Part shown: positions 1 to 8,566 of the stretch, piece after piece
Layout: each line of letters starts with the position of its first letter
Position numbering within the stretch: position 1 is the stretch's first letter
DNA from: Acidobacteriota bacterium
GTDB taxonomy: Bacteria > Acidobacteriota > Thermoanaerobaculia > Gp7-AA8
Assembly (NCBI GenBank): GCA_003223645.1
Contig: QHVT01000006.1
Coordinates: 340,967-404,966 of the forward strand
Direction of reading: 5' to 3'
Length of the DNA: 64,000 nt
The notes under the pieces: generated by a model
What the model saw: the letters and a program-made list of their open reading frames with translations, nothing else
Databases searched by the model: none
What the model was told of the DNA's origin: nothing
Program-made: the position numbers and the translations under genes

Positions 1-1
1 C

Positions 2-1171
2 GGCAAGTTTCCTTACGAGATCGGCGGCGTGGGCGTGTGGATGAATCCCACGATCGATGTCGCCAACCGGCAGGTGATCTTCGGCACCGGCAATCCGAAT
101 CCCGACTTCCTCGGCGAGCTGCGCGCCGGCGACAACCTCCACAGCTGTTCCGTGGTGGCGCTCGATACCGATACCGGCAAGCTGCGCTGGGCGTTCCAGC
201 AGGTGCGCCACGACATCTGGGACTACGATCAGGCTTCGCCGCCCGTGCTCTTCACATCCACGATCAGCGGCCGGCCGGTGGAAGCCGTCGGCGCCGCGGG
301 GAAGACCGGCTGGTTCTACATCCTCGACCGCAAGACCGGCAAGCCGCTCATCGACATGATGAACCTCGAAGTGCCGCAGGATCCCAAACAGGCCACGGCC
401 AAAACGCAGCCGGTGCCGAAGAACGTCCCGCCATTCGTGACGCACAAGAACATGTGGGCGCCGCCGACGCTGGACGGCGTGCTCGTGTCGCCGGGGCTCA
501 GCGGCGGATCGGAGTGGAGCCCGCTCTCGTTCAACCCGAAGCTCAACTACGTGTATGTGTCGGCCATCGACAAGGAAGTCGTGTTCTGCCGCGTGCCGAC
601 TACCTTGCAGGAATGGAAGACCAAGCCGCCGACGCCGGAAGGTCAGGAGTGCCGCCGCGTCGCCCAGCTGGCCTACCTCGGCTCGAAAATCTCGAAGCTG
701 GACGTAGGAGGATTCGCCATCATTCCGCCGCCGCCGTTCCCTCAGCCGGTCGGCGCCTTCGTGGCCATCGACGTCAACACCGACAAGGTCGTGTGGCGTC
801 ACCCGACCGATCCGCATCCCATCGGCGGCACCCTGTCCACCGCGGGAGGCTTGGTCTTCGCAGGCGAATCGGACGGCTACTTCAACGCGCTCGACGCCAA
901 AACCGGCGCAATGCTGTGGCGTTTTCAGACCGGCTCCGGCGTCAACGCCGCACCCATGACCTACTCGGTCAAAGGGAAGCAATACATCGCCATCTCGGCA
1001 GGAGGCGTCGCCGGACAGAGCCTGCCGAACGCCGCGCAGCCCAAAGACGCAAAACAGGAGGAGAGCCCGTCGTACGTGCAGAACAAGCGGACCAACGTGC
1101 CGGATGATTGGAAGTACTTCCGGCAGGGAGGAACCGTGTTCGTGTTCGCTCTGCCCGATTTGCCGGATTGA
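2..1171 (+). CDS. PQQ-dependent dehydrogenase / PQQ beta-propeller protein (5' end outside window)
   Basis: Frame open from window start; HDIWDYD, GKTGWFYILDR, GGSEWSP and TAGGLVF..GSGVNAAPMTY motifs. Confidence 0.9.
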   Translation, partial: GKFPYEIGGVGVWMNPTIDVANRQVIFGTGNPNPDFLGELRAGDNLHSCSVVALDTDTGKLRWAFQQVRHDIWDYDQASPPVLFTSTISGRPVEAVGAAGKTGWFYILDRKTGKPLIDMMNLEVPQDPKQATAKTQPVPKNVPPFVTHKNMWAPPTLDGVLVSPGLSGGSEWSPLSFNPKLNYVYVSAIDKEVVFCRVPTTLQEWKTKPPTPEGQECRRVAQLAYLGSKISKLDVGGFAIIPPPPFPQPVGAFVAIDVNTDKVVWRHPTDPHPIGGTLSTAGGLVFAGESDGYFNALDAKTGAMLWRFQTGSGVNAAPMTYSVKGKQYIAISAGGVAGQSLPNAAQPKDAKQEESPSYVQNKRTNVPDDWKYFRQGGTVFVFALPDLPD

Positions 1172-1178
1172 GAATCAT

Positions 1179-1256
1179 TGGTGACCCCGAGAGGATTCGA
1201 ACCTCCGACCAAGAGTTTAGGAAACTCCTGCTCTATCCGTGCTGAGCTACGGGGTC
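1179..1256 (-). tRNA. tRNA-Arg (anticodon CCT)
   Basis: GACCCCG acceptor stem, GGTTCGAATCC T-arm, loop TT-CCT-AA, encoded CCA. Confidence 0.95.
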
Positions 1257-1384
1257 ACGAATCTACGTTAACACGTCCACTGTTTCGCGCGATTTCAAGT
1301 GGAGCGGCGGGCTTTGCGGATGGGGGTGACGAGTCGTTTTGACGACAGCGGCGAGGACGCCGCCGGGCCTCCTCGCCGCTTCGC

Positions 1385-2869
1385 CTAATCGCGCACTTTC
1401 GCGGTGCCGTCGAAATATGCCTGGTACTTCGGCCAGCTCCACACCGCGATCTCGCGTCCGACTTTCAATCCGACGTTGTTGTCGACGGGGATGTGATAGC
1501 CGCCCATCGCGCGCGAGAGGGCGGCCATGTCGGCGGTCGCGGTCCACGTCGGCAAATCGAGCGTCATCTCTTCACCCGGATTGTCCTCGGTCAGCTCACA
1601 GTGTTTGCGCTTCTCGCAGTAGCCGTACTTGTCCGTGCCGGTGAAGAGCTCGAGGGTCTTCGAGCACGCGCCGCTGACGGTCGCATGTCCGCTCGTGTAG
1701 CCGGGGAACGGCGGCGTGACGAATGACTCCGGTGAATACGGATGCCACTCCTCGGCCGGCATGTCGCGCACGCCGCCCTTCACGCCCGCCCAGCCCTTGA
1801 CCGTCTGGCCTTTGAAGAAATAGTGGACGAGCGTCCACGGCCGCGACGAGTCGTAGTAGCGCTTCGTCTCCCAGCAGGAGATGAACGCGTCGAACGCGAC
1901 GTTCGCGACGGCGAAGTACATCTTCACGTCGGTGTCGAGATCGTGATTGTCGCGGCGCGAGACGTCCTGCGAGAAGCGCAGCCAGTGCCCGCTCTGTCCC
2001 GTCGAGCGCGGGCCGTCGCGCATGAACTCGACGATTGCTTTTTGTTCATGCGTCAGCGAGTTGTTGTACGTCAGGACCTGCGCCGCTTCTTTCTTCAGCG
2101 CGTCGGCGTCGGTCGTCGTCTTCGGCGGAGGCGGCGGGCGGAACTGCGAGCTGCTCTCCATCACGAACGGCTTCACGCGATACCAAAACGGGGTGAGAAA
2201 TCCCGGCGTGATCTGGCGGCCGTCTTTCAGTTTGAACGTGATCGGCTGCCAGCGATCGGGATCGATGATCTTGTCGGGCGGATTCACCGGCACGTAGTAC
2301 GTGTAGTCCGCGTACGGCTTGCCGTTGCCGCCCGCTTCGTCGCCGAGCTGATTTGCGCCGTCGTGCCGGCGGTAGTCGATCACCGCCTGCGCCGCGAGAT
2401 TGCCGATGCCTTCCGGCGTCGCGGGATCGACCGACTCGTTCGCCGGGTCGTATCCCATCTTCTTCATCTCGCCGTCGAGATACGCCTTCGCTTCGGGATA
2501 GACGAACAGCAGCGACTTGTACGACGCGTAGCTGATCGCCTTCTTCTTGTTCTCCAGCGTCCGCTCGTTTTCGGGGCGGCGCAGTTTGCCGCCGAGCCGC
2601 GATCCCACCGCTTTCGCGTCGTATGCGGCCCACGCATCGAACATCGCCGTCGCCCAGATCGCGAGCGTGCGCGAGACGATCGTCGGCCGCGCGCCGTTCG
2701 CATCCACCTCGCGCGCCGTCGCCTCTTCGGCGATGTCGAGCCAGACGTAGGCGAGCGAGACGTGCGATTTGTCCTCGATCGGGAGGAAATGATGCAGCGG
2801 CTTCTCCTGCGCGCACAGCGGCGCGGCGAGGAGAACGACAGCTATCGCGAGAACCAGGGCCCGATGCAT
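1385..2869 (-). CDS. Secreted vanadium-dependent haloperoxidase-like / PAP2 superfamily protein
   Basis: Signal peptide MHRALVLAIAVVLL..A; KRYYDSSRP, PFPGYTSGH and SRAMGGYH motifs. Confidence 0.85.
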   Translation of the reverse strand: MHRALVLAIAVVLLAAPLCAQEKPLHHFLPIEDKSHVSLAYVWLDIAEEATAREVDANGARPTIVSRTLAIWATAMFDAWAAYDAKAVGSRLGGKLRRPENERTLENKKKAISYASYKSLLFVYPEAKAYLDGEMKKMGYDPANESVDPATPEGIGNLAAQAVIDYRRHDGANQLGDEAGGNGKPYADYTYYVPVNPPDKIIDPDRWQPITFKLKDGRQITPGFLTPFWYRVKPFVMESSSQFRPPPPPKTTTDADALKKEAAQVLTYNNSLTHEQKAIVEFMRDGPRSTGQSGHWLRFSQDVSRRDNHDLDTDVKMYFAVANVAFDAFISCWETKRYYDSSRPWTLVHYFFKGQTVKGWAGVKGGVRDMPAEEWHPYSPESFVTPPFPGYTSGHATVSGACSKTLELFTGTDKYGYCEKRKHCELTEDNPGEEMTLDLPTWTATADMAALSRAMGGYHIPVDNNVGLKVGREIAVWSWPKYQAYFDGTAKVRD

Positions 2870-2897
2870 GACGAAGCGGATCAAGGAAAGTTTAGCA

Positions 2898-2987
2898 TGT
2901 GGCGACCGCTGCCCTCAGCGGTCGCGCGGTGCGAAGCGCCGCCGGCCGGCAAAGCCGGCGGTGCCGCTGAGGGCAGCGGCACCCACA
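2898..2987. repeat. REP-like palindromic element, family A (TGTGGCGACCGCTGCCCTCAGCGG...GCTGAGGGCAGCGGCACCCACA)
   Basis: Inverted arms; further copies at 8379, 17227, 54000, 63341. Confidence 0.85.
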
Positions 2988-3006
2988 AAGTCGACGGCGG
3001 CAAGTG

Positions 3007-3507
3007 CTACGCCTTCGGCTTCGGCAACGGGAACTCTTCGCGCGTCGGTCCGAACATGCCGGCCGGTTTTCCGCCCGACTGGCGAATCATCATCGTGAGC
3101 TGGCCGCGGTGATGCGCGCCGTGGAGCACGATGAAGTCCCACAGGTGATCGCGCATCGGCACGTCTCCGCCGAACGTTTTGATCGGGCGGTCGAGATCTT
3201 CGGCCGTGTATCCGCTCAAACGCTCGCGCGCTTCGCGATGCACGCGCTCGTACTCCGGCGCAAGCGCTTCGACAGACTTCGGACGTTGCATTCCCGGCGG
3301 GCGCTCGTCCATCGCGTACGCGCCTTTGGCAGCGAAGAACGAGCCGTACGCCTCCCCTTCCGCGAGGTGCCAGGCCATCTCTCCGATCGACCGTCCCTCG
3401 GGGTCGGGGCGATAGTCGTATTGGTCCTTCGGAATCGTCTGCAGCAGTTTCACGGTCTTCGCGGCCTCACGGTCCCACACGTCGATGAATCGTTCGAGCT
3501 CGTTCAT
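3007..3507 (-). CDS. DinB family protein
   Basis: Start MNELERFIDVW overlaps upstream stop (ATGA); RSIGEMAWHL and HGAHHRGQL His motifs. Confidence 0.9.
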   Translation of the reverse strand: MNELERFIDVWDREAAKTVKLLQTIPKDQYDYRPDPEGRSIGEMAWHLAEGEAYGSFFAAKGAYAMDERPPGMQRPKSVEALAPEYERVHREARERLSGYTAEDLDRPIKTFGGDVPMRDHLWDFIVLHGAHHRGQLTMMIRQSGGKPAGMFGPTREEFPLPKPKA

Positions 3508-6479
3508 TTGCCAGCAATCTCCTTCCATGCATTCAGTGCGCGCTCGACTTCCGGCTTCAGTTTCGCGAAGCCTTCGCGCGCGTCGGGGCTCGGTGCTGCA
3601 TCCGCTCCGTCGACCGCGTCGAGCACGTTCTCGATCGCGGCGAGATAGAAGCGGAGGTTTTTCGGCGGCGGTGCGTTCGGCATGCTCGTCGATCCGAACG
3701 TGGCACTGAGACCGGCGACTTCTTCGATCCGTTTCCGCATCGGCTCGCCGGTCGTCTTCTTGTACAGCGACTCGGACTCGGTGACCGCCGCGTCGAGAGC
3801 GAAGCGCAACACGTCGATCTGCTTCGCGAGCGCGAACTGTTCGGCATACGCGGACATCGGCACTTTCACGCGCGGATCGGGATCGATGCGCAGCGGCTGT
3901 TCGAGCTTGCGATCGCCGACCGTGAGGACGACGCGATAGTCGCCCGGCGGCGCCCAGATGCCGGGGCTCCACACGCCGCGGGTTCCGGCGAGACGGATCG
4001 GCCAGACGAAGCGATGCATCCCCGGCGTCGCCGGCAGCATTACCGGCATCGGAAACCACTCCGGCGCGGTGCGCAGCTTCGCGGGATCGATCTCCGGCGG
4101 CGCGTCGGCGCTGCTGTAACGGCGCACGAGCGCGTTCTGCGCGTCGAAGATTTCGAGCGTGACCGGCGTCGCCGCGTCGAGCACATAGTCGATGTACGCG
4201 CCGGCCGGCGGATTCGACGCGAGAGGCTCGTCCTTCGGCATCGGCGTGCCGGTGAATCCCGCGAAACGGAGTCTCACTACGGCCGCCGGCGTGAAAAGGT
4301 ACGGACGTTGACCAACGCGCTGCCGCAGCGGCGTGACGTCGTCCATGATCCAGAAGCCGCGCCCATGCGTCGCGATCACGAGATCGTTGCCGTGCACGTC
4401 GATGTCGCGCACCGACGTCACCGGCAGATTCATCTGCAGCGGCTGCCACGCTTCGCCGTCATCGAACGAGACGAAAATCCCGCGCTCCGTTCCGGCGTAC
4501 AGCAAGCCTTTCACCGCGCTGTCCTCGCGGACGACATTCACCGCGTGATTCGCAGGAATGCCGTTCACGATCAGCTTCCACGACTTGCCGCCGTCGTGCG
4601 TGCGGTAGATGTACGGGTGAAAATCGTCGAGGCGATGGCGGTCGACCGCGGCGTACGCGGTCTCCGCGTCGAAGTGCGACGCGTCGATGATGCCGATCTT
4701 CGACCACGGCGTCAGCGCCGCCGGCGTGACGTTCTGCCAGTGCGCGCCTTCGTCGTGCGTGCGCCAGATCAAACCGTCATCCGTGCCGGCCCAGAGGTCG
4801 TGATCGGCGACGCGCGACGGCGCGATCGCGTAGATCACGCCGCGTCGCGGACCGGTCTGCTGATGCAGCGCCGCCGTCGCCGCGTCGAGATTCGGCGGAA
4901 CGCCGGGATCCTCGCGCGTGAGATCGGGACTGATGATCGTCCACCGATTCCCGCCATCCTCGGTGCGATACAAACGCTGGTTCGCGAAATAGAGCACGCG
5001 CGGATCGCGCACGGAAAAGACGAGAGGCAGCGTCCACGTGCGGCGCTCGTTGCCTTCGAAATGCGCGAGTGTCGGATCGACCGAGCGCGTCTGCTGCGTG
5101 CGCAGGTCGAGACGATCGACGCGGCCGCCGTAGATGATGTGATCGTCTTTCGGATCGGGCGCGATGTTGTCGCTCTCCCCTCCCGCGGTCGTCTCGCGGA
5201 AGTTCATCATCGTGATGCCGTCGATCGTGTTCGTGCGGCTCGGCAGACTCACCGCGCCGGAGTCCTGCTGCGCGCCGTAGACCTTGTACGGGAAGCTCGT
5301 GTCGGTGCTGACGTGATAGAGCTGCGCGGTCGGCTGGTTGTACCAGCTGGTCCACGTTAGGCCGCCGTTGACGGACACGACCGCGCCCTGGTCTACGCCG
5401 AGGATGCGGCGCGCGGGAAACTGCGGATCGATCCAGAGCGTGTGATAGTCGTCGCCTCCCGGCGCGCCTTTCACCGGCACGAACACTTTGCCGCCGTCGT
5501 CCGAGCGAAAGAGATTCACGTTGCACGAGTAGACGACGTCGGCGTTCTCCGGCTCGACGGTGATCTCGCCGAAATACCAGCCGCGGCTCCAAACGCGCGT
5601 GTCGCTCGACGTGCGCGTCCAATGCGCGCCCGCGTCGTCGGAGCGATACATCCCGCCTTCTTTCGCATCGACGATCGCGTACACGCGTTGCGGATTCGAC
5701 TGCGCGACGGCGAGGCCGATGCGGCCTGTATTCTCCGGAAACCCGTTGCCGCGAATCTCCGTCCAGTGGTCGCCGCCGTCCGTCGACTTGAACAAGCCGC
5801 CGTCCGGTCCGTTCGATGGCGGATAGACACTCCACGGCGGGCGGCGCGTTTCCCACAGCGCGGCGTACACCACGTTCGGATTGCCCGGCTCGAACGCGAG
5901 ATCGATCGCGCCGGCGTCGAAGCGGCTGAGGATGCGCGTCCACGTCGCGCCGCCATCGCGCGAGCGAAACACGCCGCGCTCGGTGTTCGAACCGTAGGGG
6001 TGTCCGAGGGCGCAGACGTAGACGAGATTCGGATCGGAGGGATGCACGCGGATGCGCGCGATCTGCTGCGAGTCGGCGAGGCCGATGTGCGACCACGTTT
6101 TGCCGCCGTCGGTCGAGCGATACATCCCGTTGCCCTGCGCGATGTCCGAGCGCATGTCCGATTCGCCGCTGCCGACGTAGATCACTTTCGGATTCGAAGG
6201 CGCCACCGCGATCGCGCCGATGGAACCGATCGGCTGACTGTCGAAGATCGGCTGCCACGTTCGTCCGGCGTCGCGCGTCTCCCACACGCCGCCGTTCACA
6301 CTGCCGAAGTAGAAATGCTCCGGCTCGTTCGGAACGCCGGTGACCGCGAGCACGCGTCCGCCGCGAAACGGACCGATCAAACGCCAGCGCAGATCCTGGA
6401 ACAGCGACGGATCGACGGTCGCCGCGTGGGCGAAGGCGGTGACGATGAGAAGAAGGGAGAGAAGGACTCGCTTCGACAT
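3504..6479 (-). CDS. Secreted VPS10/BNR-repeat beta-propeller glycosyl hydrolase-like protein
   Basis: Signal peptide; WRLIGPFRGGR; repeated SxDGGxTW Asp-boxes. Confidence 0.9.
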   Translation of the reverse strand: MSKRVLLSLLLIVTAFAHAATVDPSLFQDLRWRLIGPFRGGRVLAVTGVPNEPEHFYFGSVNGGVWETRDAGRTWQPIFDSQPIGSIGAIAVAPSNPKVIYVGSGESDMRSDIAQGNGMYRSTDGGKTWSHIGLADSQQIARIRVHPSDPNLVYVCALGHPYGSNTERGVFRSRDGGATWTRILSRFDAGAIDLAFEPGNPNVVYAALWETRRPPWSVYPPSNGPDGGLFKSTDGGDHWTEIRGNGFPENTGRIGLAVAQSNPQRVYAIVDAKEGGMYRSDDAGAHWTRTSSDTRVWSRGWYFGEITVEPENADVVYSCNVNLFRSDDGGKVFVPVKGAPGGDDYHTLWIDPQFPARRILGVDQGAVVSVNGGLTWTSWYNQPTAQLYHVSTDTSFPYKVYGAQQDSGAVSLPSRTNTIDGITMMNFRETTAGGESDNIAPDPKDDHIIYGGRVDRLDLRTQQTRSVDPTLAHFEGNERRTWTLPLVFSVRDPRVLYFANQRLYRTEDGGNRWTIISPDLTREDPGVPPNLDAATAALHQQTGPRRGVIYAIAPSRVADHDLWAGTDDGLIWRTHDEGAHWQNVTPAALTPWSKIGIIDASHFDAETAYAAVDRHRLDDFHPYIYRTHDGGKSWKLIVNGIPANHAVNVVREDSAVKGLLYAGTERGIFVSFDDGEAWQPLQMNLPVTSVRDIDVHGNDLVIATHGRGFWIMDDVTPLRQRVGQRPYLFTPAAVVRLRFAGFTGTPMPKDEPLASNPPAGAYIDYVLDAATPVTLEIFDAQNALVRRYSSADAPPEIDPAKLRTAPEWFPMPVMLPATPGMHRFVWPIRLAGTRGVWSPGIWAPPGDYRVVLTVGDRKLEQPLRIDPDPRVKVPMSAYAEQFALAKQIDVLRFALDAAVTESESLYKKTTGEPMRKRIEEVAGLSATFGSTSMPNAPPPKNLRFYLAAIENVLDAVDGADAAPSPDAREGFAKLKPEVERALNAWKEIAGK

Positions 6480-6526
6480 CGCGCGACATCATAGTCGCGC
6501 GATGTCTTCTTCCCGTTACGAATCGG

Positions 6527-7021
6527 TTATGCGGTGACGGGCTCGTGCCGGCGCAGCGCGAGGTTCGCGAAGCCGCCGAGAGCGGCTGCGGTGAGGATCG
6601 CGGCGTTCAACGCAAGCGAAGTGTCGATGCGCAGCAGCGCGTCGAGCGAAAGCGCGCCGGGGCCGGTGAGGCCGATCGCGATCGCCGCGGCGGCGTAGAG
6701 CAGCGGCAGCTCGATGCCGTTGGAGTTCGCGAAGAGGCCGCCTTTCCAATGGACGGTGATCGCGGCGACGATCATCGTCGCGAGGACGAGCGCCGGACCG
6801 ATCGGGCCGAAGAGGCCGATCGCAACGAGCAGGCCGCCCGCGAATTCGCTCGCGCCGGCGGCGAAGGCGAAGAAGCGGCCGGGGCGGAAGCCGAGGGACT
6901 CGAAGTAGCCGCCGGTGCCGTTGAGACCGTATCCGCCGAACCAGCCGAAGAGCTTCTGCGCGCCGTGCGCGGCCATGACGATGCCGAAGATGAGCCGCAG
7001 AACCAGTAATCCTTGTGCCAT
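6527..7021 (-). CDS. DoxX family membrane protein
   Basis: HGAQKLFGWFGG, EFAGGLL and NGIELPL motifs. Confidence 0.9.
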   Translation of the reverse strand: MAQGLLVLRLIFGIVMAAHGAQKLFGWFGGYGLNGTGGYFESLGFRPGRFFAFAAGASEFAGGLLVAIGLFGPIGPALVLATMIVAAITVHWKGGLFANSNGIELPLLYAAAAIAIGLTGPGALSLDALLRIDTSLALNAAILTAAALGGFANLALRRHEPVTA

Positions 7022-7135
7022 GTGACCTCCTATTTCGTAGTGACTATACTTTAGTTAGCGACTATAAGCCAGTCAGCCGCATTGGAATTCCCAGCGCCTT
7101 ACGGCTATTCTGGAAAGCGCTACGTTGGAAAAACT

Positions 7136-7492
7136 ATGGAAGCGAAAGCCCCCGAGCTCTGCGCGCAGTTCCACCAGGCGATCGAGCTGATCGGCAAGCG
7201 CTGGACCGGCGCGATCGTCTACCTCCTCCTCCGCTCCTCCTGCCGCTTCGCCACGCTCCGGGACGCGATCCCCGACATCACCGACCGCATGCTCAGCGAG
7301 CGGCTGCAGGAGCTCGAGCAGAACGGCATCGTCAGCCGCACGGTCGTGCCGGAGACGCCGGTGCGGGTCGAATACGCGCTCACGAAAAAAGGACGCGCGC
7401 TCGCCGCCGCGCTCGACGCGATCGGCGAATGGGCGCACGCGTGGGGCGCGAAGGGCGCGCGATCGAAGTCACGAAAACGGGCGCGCGCCTGA
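7136..7492 (+). CDS. HxlR-family winged-helix regulator, divergent from doxX
   Basis: CAQFHQAIELIGKRW, MLSERLQELE, PVRVEYALT. Confidence 0.92.
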   Translation: MEAKAPELCAQFHQAIELIGKRWTGAIVYLLLRSSCRFATLRDAIPDITDRMLSERLQELEQNGIVSRTVVPETPVRVEYALTKKGRALAAALDAIGEWAHAWGAKGARSKSRKRARA

Positions 7493-7530
7493 CCTGTACT
7501 ATTCTTTCCGTAAGCAGAAAGGTGGGCCCG

Positions 7531-8103
7531 ATGCTCCGTCGAGTCGCTCCCCTCCTCGTCGTCCTCTCGTTTGCGTGCGCCACCAAGCCGCCGCAGCTCG
7601 CGTACTGTCCGCCGGCGCCGTTCGCCAATTGCACCGAGGCGAAGTGCGCGCTGCAATCGGACGGCAATTACACCTGCTGGTGCGTCGAGGACACGCGCTA
7701 CTCGGCGACCTTATGGGCGGGATCGCAAGCGGCGTCCTGCAAGGACGCGACGGCGACGTATCTTCAATCGCGCTACCACCCGACCACTGCCTATCAGGTA
7801 TGCGACTCTACCGCGGCCAATCAAACGTGGGCCTGGTGCCTCGGCGTCAGCTGCAAACCATCCACGAACCCGAACGACCCGAACAGCAAGGAGAACATCG
7901 CCTGCACGTGCATCCCCGTTCCATCGGGCGTGCAGGCGGTTCCGTACATCGTTACGACGAACACCTGGTCCGCGGAGAACTGCGCGTTCAAGTATTGGTC
8001 GTCTGCGACACCCGCCGACGTCGCGCAGGCCACTTCGTTTTTGCAGAAGCAGCCCGGACTCGCCAACCTGAAGCCGCCCACCCTCCTCCAGCCGCCGAAA
8101 TGA
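7531..8103 (+). CDS. Cys-rich putative lipoprotein
   Basis: Lipobox-like LSFAC; 12 further Cys including two [FW]AxCxxxxC..CxC units. Confidence 0.7.
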   Translation: MLRRVAPLLVVLSFACATKPPQLAYCPPAPFANCTEAKCALQSDGNYTCWCVEDTRYSATLWAGSQAASCKDATATYLQSRYHPTTAYQVCDSTAANQTWAWCLGVSCKPSTNPNDPNSKENIACTCIPVPSGVQAVPYIVTTNTWSAENCAFKYWSSATPADVAQATSFLQKQPGLANLKPPTLLQPPK

Positions 8104-8105
8104 GC

Positions 8106-8331
8106 GCGATCACCGAGGCGCGAAGACGCCGAAGGATCTCGAAATGTGCGGAGATGTGCGTATTCAAACACATCGCAAGAGCAGTGAACGATGAAGGATG
8201 ATCGATGAAAGATGATCGATGAAGGATCCGAAATGTCATTCATCCTTCATCGTTAACGTACTCGCGGAGATCGTCGGATCTTGGCTTTTGGAATTTCGAG
8301 ATCCTTCGCCGTCTTCGCGGCTCAGGATGAC
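8106..8331. repeat. Family-B palindromic element (..GAAGGATCTC...GAGATCCTTC..CTCAGGATGAC) enclosing inverted heptamer tandem repeats (8189-8252)
   Basis: Right arm nearly identical to 37699-37732. Confidence 0.75.
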
Positions 8332-8378
8332 GGTGATTTTTTCACATCCTCAGAGGCTGTGAAAATTTCCAAGAGCTT

Positions 8379-8475
8379 TGTGGCGACCGCTGCCCTCAGC
8401 GGTCGCGGCGGCGCTACGCGCCGCTGGCGCCGCCGTGAGGCGGCGCTGTGACCGCTGAGGGCAGCGGTCACCACA
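8379..8475. repeat. REP-like element, family A
   Basis: Same arms as the 2898 and 63341 copies. Confidence 0.85.
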
Positions 8476-8566
8476 TCCTCATCAGGACGACGGAACTTCT
8501 GTATCGTCGAATTAGCGAATGGAGCACCAATGGAAGCGAGACGCCGGCGTTCCGATGGTCAATGGC

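Noticed and set aside
1179..1256. tRNA-Arg or tRNA-Leu as island integration sites
   Set aside because: No duplicated tRNA 3' end and no integrase noticed in the window
7041..7070. HxlR operator (CTATACTTTAGTTAG) between doxX and hxlR
   Set aside because: Plausible location but the symmetry is too weak to call
8189..8252. Periodic repeats as a CRISPR array (also 36082, 46001, 47111, 53064, 58817, 62078)
   Set aside because: Units are 6-8 nt, contiguous and inverted, with no unique spacers and no cas genes
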